Shown: positions 29,301 through 42,499 of the stretch, in pieces | Position numbering within the stretch: the first letter of the stretch is position 1 | Layout of the letters: the number at the start of each line of letters is the position of its first letter | DNA from: Eledone cirrhosa | Taxonomy: Eukaryota | DNA length: 64,000 nt | NCBI GenBank assembly: GCA_964016885.1 | Contig: OZ024740.1 | Location: forward strand, 137,392,001-137,456,000 | Direction: 5' to 3' | The notes under the pieces: model-generated | What the model saw: only the letters and a program-made list of their open reading frames with translations | What the model was told of the DNA's origin: nothing | Database searches by the model: none | Translations under genes and position numbers: made by a program

Positions 29301-31050
29301 TCTTTCTCTTCACACTTTTCCCCCAATCTCCAATTCTCTCTTTCTCTTATCACTTTTCTCTCAATCTCCAATTTTCTCTTTCTCTTTATCACTTTTCTCT
29401 CAATCTCCAATCTCTCTTTCTCATATCACTTTTCTCTCAAACTCCAATTCTCTCTTTCTCTCATCACTTTTCTCTCAAACTCCAATTCTCTCTTTCTCTT
29501 ATCACTCTTCTCTCAATCTCCAATTCTCTCTTTCTCTTCTCACTTTTCTCTCAATCTCCAATCCTCTCTTTCTGTTCTCAGTTTTCCCCCAATCTCCAAT
29601 TCTCTATTTCTCTTAGCACTTTTCTCTCAATCCCCCATTCTCTCTCTCTCTTTACACTTTTCTCTCAATCTCCAATTCTCTCTTTCTCTTATCACTTTTC
29701 TCTCAATCTCCAATTCTCTCTTTCTCTTATCACTTTTCTCTCAATCTCCAATTCTCTCTTTCTCTTATCAGTTTTCTCTCAATCTGCAATTCTCTCTTTC
29801 TCCTATCACTTTTCTCTCAATCTCCAATTCTCTCTTTCTCTTCTCACTTTTCCCCTAATCTCCAATTCTCTCTTTCTCTTATCACTTTTCTCTCAATCTC
29901 CAATTCTCTCTTTCTCTTATCACTTTTCTCTCAATCTCCAATTCTCTCTTTCTCTTATCCATTTTCTCTCAATCTGCAATTCTCTCTTTCTTTTCTCACT
30001 TTTCCCCCAATCTCCAATTCTCTCTTTCTCTTCACACTTTTCCCCCAATCTCCAATTCTCTCTTTCTCTTCACACTTTTCCCCCAATCTCCAATTCTCTC
30101 TTTCTCTTCTCACTTTTCTCTCAATCTCCAATTCTCTCTTTCTCTTATCACTTTTCTCTCAATCTCCAATTCTCTCTTTCTCTTATCACTTTTCTCTCAA
30201 TCTCCAATTCTCTCTTTCTCTTATCACTTTCCTCTCAATCTCCAATTCTCTCTTTCTCTTCTCACTTTTCCCCCAATCTCCAATTCTCTCTTTCTCTTAT
30301 CACTTTTCTCTCAATCTCCAATTCTCTCTTTCTCTTATCACTTTTCCCCCAATATCCACTTCTCTCTTTCTCTTATCACTTTTCTCTCAATCTCCAATTC
30401 TCTCTTTCTCATATCACTTTTCTCTCAAACTCCAATTCTCTCTTTCTCTCATCACTTTTCTCTCAATCTCCAATTCTCTCTTTCTCTTATCCATTTTCTC
30501 TCAATCTTCAATTCTCTCTTTCTTTTCTCACTTTTCCCCCAATCTCCAATTCTCTCTTTCTCTTCACACTTTTCCCCCAATCTCCAATTCTCTCTTTCTC
30601 TTATCCCTTTTCTCTCAATCTCCAATTCTCTCTTTCTCTTCTCACTTTTCTCTCAATCTCCAATCCTCTCTTTCTGTTCTCAGTTTTCCCCCAATCTCCA
30701 ATTCTCTATTTCTCTTAGCACTTTTCTCTCAATCCTCCATTCTCTCTCCCTCTTATCACTTTTCTCTCAATCTCCAATTCTCTCTTTCTCTTATCACTTT
30801 TCTCTCAATCTCCAATTCTCTCTTTCTCTTATCAGTTTTCTCTCAATCTGCAATTCTCTCTTTCTCTTATCACTTTTCTCTCAATCTCCAATTCTCTCTT
30901 TCTCTTCTCACTTTTCCCCTAATCTCCAATTCTCTCTTTCTCTTATCACTTTTCTCTAAATCTCCAATTCTCTCTTTCTCTTATCACTTTTCTCTCAATC
31001 TCCAATTCTCCCTTTCTCTTATCACTTTTCTCTCAATCTCCAATTCTCTC
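23351..31050 (+). repeat. About 2.37-kb higher-order repeat: about three copies plus an interposed ~1.18-kb partial unit
   Basis: Related minus-strand ORFs have left coordinates 23351, 25723, 26901 and 29159 (spacings 2372, 1178, 2258 = 2372-114). The AATATCCACTTC marker is at 24543, 27979 and 30351 (spacings 3436 and 2372). Confidence 0.85.
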
Positions 31051-34000
31051 TTTCTCTTCTCACTTTTCCCCCAATCTCCAATTCTCTCTTTCTCTTCACA
31101 CTTTTCCCCCAATCTCCAATTCTCTCTTTCTCTTCACACTTTTCCCCCAATCTCCAATTCTCTCTTTCTCTTCTCACTTTTCTCTCAATCTCCAATTCTC
31201 TCTTTCTCTAATAACTTTTCTCTCAATCTCCAATCCTCTCTTTCTCTTATCACTTTTCTCTCAATCACTTTTCTCTCAATCTCCAATTCTCTCTTTCTCT
31301 TATCACTTTTCTCTCAATCACCAATTCTCTCTTTCTCTTATCACTTTTCTCTCAATCTCCAATTCTCTCTTTCTCTTATTAGTTTTCTCTCAATCTCCAA
31401 TTCTCTCTTTCTCTTATCACTTTTATCTCAATCTCCAATTCTCTCTTTCTCTTATCACTTTTCCCCCAATCTCTAATTCTCTCTTTCGCTTATCACTTTT
31501 CTCTCAATCTCCAATTCTCTCTTTCTCTTATCACTTTTCCCATAATCTCCAATTCTCTCTTTCTCTTATCACTTTTTTCTCAATCTCCAATTCTCTCTTT
31601 ATCTTATCACTGTTCTCTCAATCTCTAATTCTCTCTTTCTCTTATCACTTTTCTCTCAATCTCCAATTCTCTCTTTCTCTTATCACTTTTCTCTCAATCA
31701 ACAATTCTCTCTTTCTCTTATCACTTTTCCCCCAATCTCCAATTCTCTCTTTCTCTTATCACTTTTCTCTAAATCTCCAATTCTCTCTTTCTTTTCTCAC
31801 TTTTCCCCAATCTCCAATTCTCTCTTTCTCTTCACACTTTTCCCCCAATCTCCAATTCTCTCTTTCTCTTATCACTTTTCTCTCAATCTCCAATTTTCTC
31901 TTTCTCTTTATCACTTTTCTCTCAATCTCCAATCTCTCTTTCTCATATCACTTTTCTCTCAAACTCCAATTCTCCCTTTCTCTCATCATTTTTCTCTCAA
32001 TCTCCAATTCTCTCTTTCTCTTATCACTCTTCTCTCAATCTCCAACTCTCTCTTTCTCTTATCCCTTTTCTCTCAATCTCCAATTCTCTCTTTCTCTTCT
32101 CACTTTTCTCTCAATCTCCAATCCTCTCTTTCTGTTCTCAGTTTTCCCCCAATCTCCAATTCTCTATTTCTCTTAGCACTTTTCTCTCAATCCCCCATTC
32201 TCTCTCTCTCTTATCACTTTTCTCTCAATCTCCAATTTTCTCTTTCTGTTATCACTTTTCTCTCAATCTCCAATTCTCTCTTTCTCTTATCACTTTTCTC
32301 TCAATCTCCAATTCTCTCTTTCTCTTATCAGTTTTCTCTCAATCTGCAATTCTCTCTTTCTCTTATCACTTTTCTCTCAATCTCCAATTCTCTCTTTCTC
32401 TTATCACTTTTCTCTCAATCTCCAATTCTCTCTTTCTCTAATCACTTTTCTCTCAATCTCCAATTCTCTCTTTCTCTTATCACTTATCTCTCAATTTCCA
32501 ATTCTCTCTTTCTCTTATCCATTTTCTCTCAATCTGCAATTCTCTCTTTCTTTTCTCACTTTTCCTCCAATCTCCAATTCTCTCTTTCTCTTCTCACTTT
32601 TCTCTCAAACTCCAATTCTCTCTTCTCTTATCACTTTTCTTTCAATCACCAATTCTCTCTTTCTCTTATCACTTTTCTCTAAATCTCCAATTCTCTCTTT
32701 CTCTTCTCACTTTTCCCCTAATCTTCAATTCTCTCTTTCTCTTATCACTTTTCTCTCAAACTCCAATTCTCTCTTTCTCTCATCACTTTTCTCTAAATCT
32801 CCAATTCTCTCTTTCTCTTCTCACTTTTCCCCTAATCTTCAATTCTCTCTTTCTCTTATCACTTTTCTCTCAAACTCCAATTCTCTCTTTCTCTCATCAC
32901 TTTTCCCCCAATCTCCAATTCTCTCTTTCTCTTCACACTTTTCCCCCAATCTCCAATTCTCTCTTTCTCTTATCCCTTTTCTCTCAATCTCCAATTCTCT
33001 CTTTCTCTTCTCACTTTTCTCTCAATCTCCAATCCTCTCTTTCTGTTCTCAGTTTTCCCCCAATCTCCAATTCTCTATTTCTCTTAGCACTTTTCTCTCA
33101 ATCCTCCATTCTCTCTCCCTCTTATCACTTTTCTCTCAATCTCCAATTCTCTCTTTCTCTTATCACTTTTCTCTCAATCTCCAATTCTCTCTTTCTCTTA
33201 TCAGTTTTCTCTCAATCTGCAATTCTCTCTTTCTCTTATCACTTTTCTCTCAATCTCCAATTCTCTCTTTCTCTTCTCACTTTTCCCCTAATCTCCAATT
33301 CTCTCTTTCTCTTATCACTTTTCTCTAAATCTCCAATTCTCTCTTTCTCTTATCACTTTTCTCTCAATCTCCAATTCTCCCTTTCTCTTATCACTTTTCT
33401 CTCAATCTCCAATTCTCTCTTTCTCTTATCTATTTTCTCTCAATCTGCAATTCTCTCTTTCTTTTCTCACTTTTCCCCCAATCTCCAATTCTCTCTTTCT
33501 CTTCACACTTTTCCCCCAATCTCCAATTCTCTCTTTCTCTTCACACTTTTCCCCCAATCTCCAATTCTCTCTTTCTCTTCTCACTTTTCTCTCAATCTCC
33601 AATTCTCTCTTTCTCTAATCACTTTTCTCTCAATCTCCAATCCTCTCTTTCTCTTATCACTTTTCTCTCAATCACTTTTCTCTCAATCTCCAATTCTCTC
33701 TTTCTCTTATCACTTTTCTCTCAATCACCAATTCTCTCTTTCTCTTATCACTTTTCTCTCAATCTCCAATTCTCTCTTTCTCTTATTAGTTTTCTCTCAA
33801 TCTCCAATTCTCTCTTTCTCTTATCAATTTTATCTCAATCTCCAATTCTCTCTTTCTCTTATCACTTTTCTCTCAATCTCTAATTCTCTCTTTCTCTTAT
33901 CACTTTTCTCTCAATCTCCAATTCTCTCTTTCTCTTATCACTTTTCTCTCAATCTCCAATTCTCTCTTTCTCTTATCACTTTTCCCCCAATCTCTAATTC

Positions 34001-37000
34001 TCTCTTTCTCTTATCACTTTTCTCTCAATCTCCAATTCTCTCTTTCTCTTATCACATTTCCCATAATCTCCAATTCTCTCTTTCTCTTATCACTTTTCTC
34101 TCAATCTCCAATTCTCTCTTTCTCTTATCACTTTTCTGCCAATCTCCAATTCTCTCTTTCTCTTATCACTTTTCTCTCAATCTCCAATTCTCTCTTTCTC
34201 TTATCACTTTTCTCTCAATCTCCAATCCTCTCTTTCTGTTCTCAGTTTTCCCCCAATCTCCAATTCTCTATTTCTCTTAGCACTTTTCTCTCAATCCCCC
34301 ATTCTCTCTCTCTCTTATCACTTTTCTCTCAATCTCCAATTTTCTCTTTCTCTTATCACTTTTCTCTCAATCTCCAATTCTCTCTTTCTCTTATCACTTT
34401 TCTCTCAATCTGCAATTCTCTCTTTCTCTTATCAGTTTTCTCTCAATCTGCAATTCTCTCTTTCTCTTACCACTTTTCTCTCAATCTCCAATTCTCTCTT
34501 TCTCTTATCACTTTTCTCTCAATCTCCAATTCTCTCTTTCTCTAATCACTTTTCTCTCAATCTCCAATTCTCTCTTTCTCTTATCACTTATCTCTCAATT
34601 TCCAATTCTCTCTTTCTCTTATCCATTTTCTCTCAATCTGCAATTCTCTCTTTCTTTTCTCACTTTTCCCCCAATCTCCAATTCTCTCTTTCTCTTCTCA
34701 CTTTTCTCTCAAACTCCAATTCTCTCTTCTCTTATCACTTTTCTTTCAATCACCAATTCTCTCTTTCTCTTATCACTTTTCTCTAAATCTCCAATTCTCT
34801 CTTTCTCTTCTCACTTTTCCCCTAATCTCCAATTCTCTCTTTCTCTTATCACTTTTCTCTCAATCTCCAATTCTCTCTTTCTCTCATCACTTTTCTCTCA
34901 ATCTCCAATTCTCTCTTTCTCTTATCACTTTTCTCTCAATCTCCAACTCTCTCTTTCTCTTATCCCTTTTCTCTCAATCTCCAATTCTCTCTTTCTCTTC
35001 TCACTTTTCTCTCAATCTCCAATCCTCTCTTTCTGTTCTCACTTTTCCCCCAATCTCCAATTCTCTATTTCTCTTAGCACTTTTCTCTCAATCCTCCATT
35101 CTCTCTCTCTCTTATCACTTTTCTCTCAATCTCCAATTCTCTCTTTCTCTTATCACTTTTCTCTCAATCTCCAATTCTCTCTTTCTCTTATCAGTTTTCT
35201 CTCAATCTGCAATTCTCTCTTTCTCTTATCACTTTTCTCTCAATCTCCAATTCTGTCTTTCTCTTCTCACTTTTCCCCTAATCTCCAATTCTCTCTTTCT
35301 CTTATCACTTTTCTCTCAATCTCCAATTCTCTCTTTCTCTTATCACTTTTCTCTCACTCTCCAATTCTCCCTTTCTCTTATCACTTTTCTCTCAATCTCC
35401 AATTCTCTCTTTCTCTTATCCATTTTCTCTCAATCTGCAATTCTCTCTTTCTTTTCTCACTTTTCCCCCAGTCTCCAATTCTCTCTTTCTCTTCACACTT
35501 TTCCCCCAATCTCCAATTCTCTCTTTCTCTTCACACTTTTCCCCCAATCTCCAATTCTCTCATTCTCTTCTCACTTTTCTCTCAATCTCCAATTCTCTCT
35601 TTCTCTTATCACTTTTCTCTCAATCTCCAATGCTCTCTTTCTCTTATCACTTTTCTCTCAATCACTTTTCTCTCAATCTCCAATTCTCTCTTTCTCTTAT
35701 CACTTTTCTCTCAATTCTCTCTTTTCTCCTCATTTATCACTTTCTCTTCAATATCCAATTCTCTCTTTCTCTTAATAGTTTTCCTCTCAATCTCCAATTC
35801 TCTCTTTCTCTAATCACTTTTATCTCAATCTCCAATTCTCTCTTTCTCTTATCACTTTTCTCTCAATCTCCAATTCTCTCTTTCTCTTATCACTTGTTCT
35901 CCAATCTACAATTCTCTCATTCTCTAATCACTTTTCTCTCAATCTCCAATTCTCTCTTTCTCTTATCACTTTTCCCCCAATCTCTAATTCTCTCTTTCGC
36001 TTATCGCTTTTCTCTCAATCTCAAATTCTCTCTTTCTCTTATCACTTTTCCCATAATCTCCAATTCTCTCTTTCTCTTATCACTTTTTCTCAATCTCCAA
36101 TTCTCTCTTTATCTATCACTGTTCTCTCAATCTCTAATTCTCTCTTTCTCTTATCACTTTTCTCTCATCTCCAATTCTCTCTTTCTCTTATCACTTTTCT
36201 CTCAATCACAATTCTCTCTTTCTCTTCACTTTCCCCAATCTCCAATTCTCTCTTTCTCTTATCACTCTTCTCTACATCTCCAATTCTCTCTTTCTCTTCC
36301 CACTTTCCTAATCTCCAATTCTCTCTTCTCTTATCACTTTTCTCTCAATCTCCAATTCTCTCTTTCTCTCATCACTTTTTCCATCTCAATCTCCAATTCT
36401 CTCTTTCTCTTATCCACTTTTCTCTCAATCTCCAATTCTCTCTTTCTCTTATCCATTTTCTCTCAATCTGCAATTCTCTCTTTCTTTTCTCACTTTTCCC
36501 CCAATCTCCAATTCTCTCTTTCTCTTCACACTTTTCCCCAATCTCCAATTCTCTCTTTCTCTTATCACTTTTCTTTCAATCTCCAATTTTCTCTTTCTCT
36601 TTATCACTTTTCTCTCAATCTCCAATCTCTCTTTCTCATATCACTTTTCTCTCAAACTCCAATTCTCTCTTTCTCTCATCACTTTTCTCTCAATCTCCAA
36701 TTCTCTCTTTCTCTTATCACTCTTCTCTCAATCTCCAACTCTCTCTTTCTCTTATCCCTTTTCTCTCAATCTCCAATTCTCTCTTTCTCTTCTCACTTTT
36801 CTCTCAATCTCCAATCCTCTCTTTCTGTTCTCAGTTTTCCCCCAATCTCCAATTCTCTATTTCTCTTAGCACTTTTCTCTCAATCCCCCATTCTCTCTCT
36901 CTCTTATCACTTTTCTATCAATCTCCAATTCTCTCTTTCTCTTATCACTTTTCTCTCAATCTCCAATTCTCTCTTTCTCTTATCACTTTTCTCTCAATCT

Positions 37001-40000
37001 CCAATTCTCTCTTTCTCTTATCAGTTTTCTCTCAATCTGCAATTCTGTCTTTCTCCTATCACTTTTCTCTCAATCTCCAATTCTCTCTTTCTCTTCTCAC
37101 TTTTCCCCTAATCTCCAATTCTCTCTTTCTCTTATCACTTTTCTCTCAATCTCCAATTCTCTCTTTCTCTTATCACTTTTCTCTCAATCTCCAATTCTCT
37201 CTTTCTCTTATCCATTTCTCTCAATCTGCAATTCTCTCTTTCTTTTCTCACTTTCCCCCCAATCTCCAATTATCTCTTTCTCTTCACACTTTTCCCCCAA
37301 TCTCCAATTCTCTCTTCTCTTCACACTTTTCCCCCAATCTCCAATTCTCTCTTTCTCTTCTCACTTTTCTCTCAATCTCCAATTCTCTCTTTCTCTTATC
37401 CCTTTTCTCTCAATCTCCAATTCTCTCTTTCTCTTATCACTTTTCTCTCAATCTCCAATCCTCTCTTTCTCTTATCACTTTTCTCTCAATCACTTTTCTC
37501 TCAATCTCCAATTCTCTCTTTCTCTTATCACTTTTCTCTCAATCTCCAATACTCTCTTTCTCTTTTCACTTTTCTCTCAATCTCCAATTCTCTCTTTCTC
37601 TTATCACTTTCCTCTCAATCTCCAATTCTCTCTTTCTCTTCTCACTTTTCCCCCAATCTCCAATTCTCTCTTTCTCTTATCACTTTTCTCTCAATCTCCA
37701 ATTCTCTCTTTCTCTTATCACTTTTCCCCCAATATCCACTTCTCTCTTTCTCTTATCACTTTTCTCTCAATCTCCAATTCTCTCTTTCTCATATCACTTT
37801 TCTCTCAATCTCCAATTCTCTCTTTCTCTTATCACTTTTCTATCAATCTCCAATTCTCTCTTTCTCTTATCACTTTTCCCCCAATCTCTAATTCTCTCTT
37901 TCTCTTATCACTTTTCTCTCAATCTCCAATTCTCTCTTTCTCTTATCACTTTTCCCATAATCTCTAATTCTCTCTTTCTCTTATCACTTTTCTCTCAATC
38001 TCCAATTCTCTCTTTCTCTTATCACTTTTCTGCCAATCTCCAATTCTCTCTTTCTCTTATCACTTTTCTTTCAATCCCCCATTTTCTCTTATCACTTTTC
38101 TCTGAATCTCCAATTCTCTATTTCTCTTATCACTTTTCTCTCAATCTCCAATTCTCTCTTTCTCTTATCACTTTTCTCTCAATCTCCAATTCTCTCTTTC
38201 TCTTATTAGTTTTCTCTCAATCTCCAATTCTCTCTTTCTCTTATCACTTTATCTCAATCTCCAATTCTCTCTTTCTCTTATCACTTTTCTCTCAATCTCC
38301 AATTCTCTCTTTCTCTTATCACTTGTTCCCCAATCTACAATTCTCTCTTTCTCTTATCACTTTTCTCTCAATCTCCAATTCTCTCTTTCTCTTATCACTT
38401 TTCCCCCAATCTCTAATTCTCTCTTTCTCTTATCACTTTTCTCTCAATCTCCAATTCTCTCTTTCTCTTATCACATTTCCCATAATCTCCAATTCTCTCT
38501 TTCTCTTATCACTTTTCTCTCAATCTCCAATTCTCTCTTTCTCTTATCACTTTTCTCTCAATCTCCAATTCTCTCTTTCTCATATCACTTTTCTCTCAAT
38601 CTCCAATTCTCTCTTTCTCTTATCACTTTTCTATCAATCTCCAATTCTCTCTTTCTCTCATCACTTTTCTCTCAATCTCCAATTCTCTCTTTCTCTTATC
38701 ACTTTTCTCTCAATCTCCAACTCTCTCTTTCTCTTATCCCTTTTCTCTCAATCTCCAATTATCTCTTTCTCTTCTCACTTTTCCCCCCAATCTCCAATTC
38801 AATTTTTCACTTTACACCTTTCCCCAACCTCCAAATCTCTCTTTCTCTTATCACTTTTCTCTCAATCTCCAATTCTCTCTTTCTCTTATCACTTTTCCCC
38901 CAATCTCTAATTCTCTCTTTCTCTTATCACTTTTCTCTCAATCTCCAATTCTCTCTTTCTCTTATCACTTTTCCCATAATCTCTAATTCTCTCTTTCTCT
39001 TATCACTTTTCTCTCAATCTCCAATTCTCTCTTTCTCTTATCACTTTTCTGCCAATCTCCAATTCTCTCTTTCTCTTATCACTTTTCTTTCAATCCCCCA
39101 TTTTCTCTTATCACTTTTCTCTGAATCTCCAATTCTCTATTTCTCTTATCACTTTTCTCTCAATCTCCAATTCTCTCTTTCTCTTATCACTTTTCTCTCA
39201 ATCTCCAATTCTCTCTTTCTCTTATTAGTTTTCTCTCAATCTCCAATTCTCTCTTTCTCTTATCACTTTTATCTCAATCTCCAATTCTCTCTTTCTCTTA
39301 TCACTTTTCTCTCAATCTCCAATTCTCTCTTTCTCTTATCACTTTTCCCCTAATCTCCAATTCTCTCTTTCTCTTATCACTTTTCCCCCAATATCCACTT
39401 CTCTCTTTCTCTTATCACTTTTCTCTCAATCTCCAATTCTCTCTTTCTCTTATCACTTTTCTGCCAATCTCCAATTCTCTCTTTCTCTTATCACTTTTCT
39501 CTCAATCTCCAATTCTCTCTTTCTCTTATCACTTTTCTATCAATCTCCAATTCTCTCTTTCTCTTATCACTTTTCTCTCAATCTCCAATTCTCTCTTTCT
39601 CTTATCACTTTTCTCTCAATCTCCAATTCTCTCTTTCTCTTATCACTTTTCTCTCAATCTCCAATTCTCTCTTTCTCTTATCACTTCTCCCCCAATCTCC
39701 ACTTCTCTCTTTCTCTTATCACTTTTCTCTCAATCTCCAATTCTCTCTTTCTCTTATCACTTTTCTGCCAATCTCCAATTCTCTCTTTCTCTTATCACTT
39801 TTCTCTCAATCTCCAATTCTCTCTTTCTCTCCTCACTTTTCTCTCAATCTCCAATTCTCTCTTTCTCTTATCACTTTTCCCCTAATCTCCAATTCTCTCT
39901 TTCTCTTATCACTTTTCCCCCAATCTCTAATTCTCTCTTTCTCTTATCACTTTTCTCTCAATCTCCAATTCTCTCTTTCTCTTATCACATTTCCCATAAT

Positions 40001-42499
40001 CTCCAATTCTCTCTTTCTCTTATCACTTTTCTCTCAATCACTTTTCTCTCAGTCTCCAATTCTCTCTTTCTCTTATCACTTTTCTCTCAATCTCCAATTC
40101 TCTCTTTCTCTTATCACTTTTCTCTCAATCTCCAATTCTCTCTTTCTCTTATCACTTTCCTCTCAATCTCCAATTCTCTCTTTCTCTTATCACTTTTCTC
40201 TCAATCTCCAATTCTCTCTTTCTCTTATCACTTTTCCCCCAATAACCACTTCTCTCTTTCTCTTATCACTTTTCTCTCAATCTCCAATTCTCTCTTTCTC
40301 ATATCCCTTTTCTCTCAAACTCCAATTCTCTCTTTCTCTCATCACTTTTCTCTCAATCTCCAATTCTCTCTTTCTCTTATCACTTTTCTCTCAATCTCCA
40401 ACTCTCGCTTTCTCTTATCCCTTTTCTCTCAATCTCCAATTATCTCTTTTTCTTATCACTTTTCTCTCAATCTGCAATTCTGTCTTTCTCCTATCACTTT
40501 TCTCTCAATCTCCAATTCTCTCTTTCTCTTCTCACTTTTCCCCTAATCTCCAATTCTCTCTTTCTCTTATCACTTTTCTCTCAATCTCCAATTCTCTCTT
40601 TCTCTTATCACTTTTCTCTCAATCTCCAATTCTCTCTTTCTCTTATCCATTTTCTCTCAATCTGCAATTCTCTCTTTCTTTTCTCACTTTTCCCCCAATC
40701 TCCAATTATCTCTTTCTCTTCACACTTTTCCCCCAATCTCCAATTCTCTCTTTCTCTTCACACTTTTCCCCCAATCTCCAATTCTCTCTTTCTCTTCTCA
40801 CTTTTCTCTCAATCTCCAATTCTCTCTTTCTCCTATCCCTTTTCTCTCAATCTCCAATTCTCTCTTTCTCTTATCACTTTTCTCTCAATCTCCAATTCTC
40901 TCTTTCTCTTATCACTTTCCTCTCAATCTCCAATTCTCTCTTTCTCTTCTCACTTTTCCCCCAATCTCCAATTCTCTCTTTCTCTTATCACTTTTCTCTC
41001 AATCTCCAATTCTCTCTTTCTCTTATCACTTTTCCCCCAATATCCACTTCTCTCTTTCTCTTATCACTTTTCTCTCAATCTCCAATTCTCTCTTTCTCAT
41101 ATCACTTTTCTCTCAATCTCCAATTCTCTCTTTCTCTTATCACTTTTCTATCAATCTCCAATTCTCTCTTTCTCTCATCACTTTTCTCTCAATCTCCAAT
41201 TCTCTCTTTCTCTTATCACTTTTCTCTCAATCTCCAACTCTCTCTTTCTCTTATCCCTTTTCTCTCAATCTCCAATTATCTCTTTCTCTTCTCACTTTTC
41301 CCCCCAATCTCCAATTCAATTTTTCACTTTACACCTTTCCCCAACCTCCAAATCTCTCTTTCTCTTATCACTTTTCTCTCAATCTCCAATTCTCTCTTTC
41401 TCTTATCACTTTTCCCCCAATCTCTAATTCTCTCTTTCTCTTATCACTTTTCTCTCAATCTCCAATTCTCTCTTTCTCTTATCACTTTTCCCATAATCTC
41501 TAATTCTCTCTTTCTCTTATCACTTTTCTCTCAATCTCCAATTCTCTCTTTCTCTTATCACTTTTCTGCCAATCTCCAATTCTCTCTTTCTCTTATCACT
41601 TTTCTTTCAATCCCCCATTTTCTCTTATCACTTTTCTCTGAATCTCCAATTCTCTATTTCTCTTATCACTTTTCTCTCAATCTCCAATTCTCTCTTTCTC
41701 TTATCACTTTTCTCTCAATCTCCAATTCTCTCTTTCTCTTATTAGTTTTCTCTCAATCTCCAATTCTCTCTTTCTCTTATCACTTTTATCTCAATCTCCA
41801 ATTCTCTCTTTCTCTTATCACTTTTCTCTCAATCTCCAATTCTCTCTTTCTCTTATCACTTGTTCCCCAATCTACAATTCTCTCTTTCTCTTATCACTTT
41901 TCTCTCAATCTCCAATTCTCTCTTTCTCTTATCACTTTTCCCCCAATCTCTAATTCTCTCTTTCTCTTATCACTTTTCTCTCAATCTCCAATTCTCTCTT
42001 TCTCTTATCACATTTCCCATAATCTCCAATTCTCTCTTTCTCTTATCACTTTTCTCTCAATCACTTTTCTCTCAGTCTCCAATTCTCTCTTTCTCTTATC
42101 ACTTTTCTCTCAATCTCCAATTCTCTCTTTCTCTTATCACTTTTCTCTCAATCTCCAATTCTCTCTTTCTCTTATCACTTTCCTCTCAATCTCCAATTCT
42201 CTCTTTCTCTTATCACTTTTCTCTCAATCTCCAATTCTCTCTTTCTCTTATCACTTTTCCCCCAATAACCACTTCTCTCTTTCTCTTATCACTTTTCTCT
42301 CAATCTCCAATTCTCTCTTTCTCATATCCCTTTTCTCTCAAACTCCAATTCTCTCTTTCTCTCATCACTTTTCTCTCAATCTCCAATTCTCTCTTTCTCT
42401 TATCACTTTTCTCTCAATCTCCAACTCTCGCTTTCTCTTATCCCTTTTCTCTCAATCTCCAATTATCTCTTTCTCTTATCACTTTTCTCTCAATCTCCA

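Noticed and set aside
15929-29410. Short - strand E/R/K-rich ORFs (MEIERKVIKRKRK...) resembling coiled-coil or NLS-bearing peptides
   Set aside because: They arise only where consecutive monomers have lost the TGATAA stops or shifted frame. Their recurrence reflects duplicated satellite cassettes, so I used them only as positional markers.
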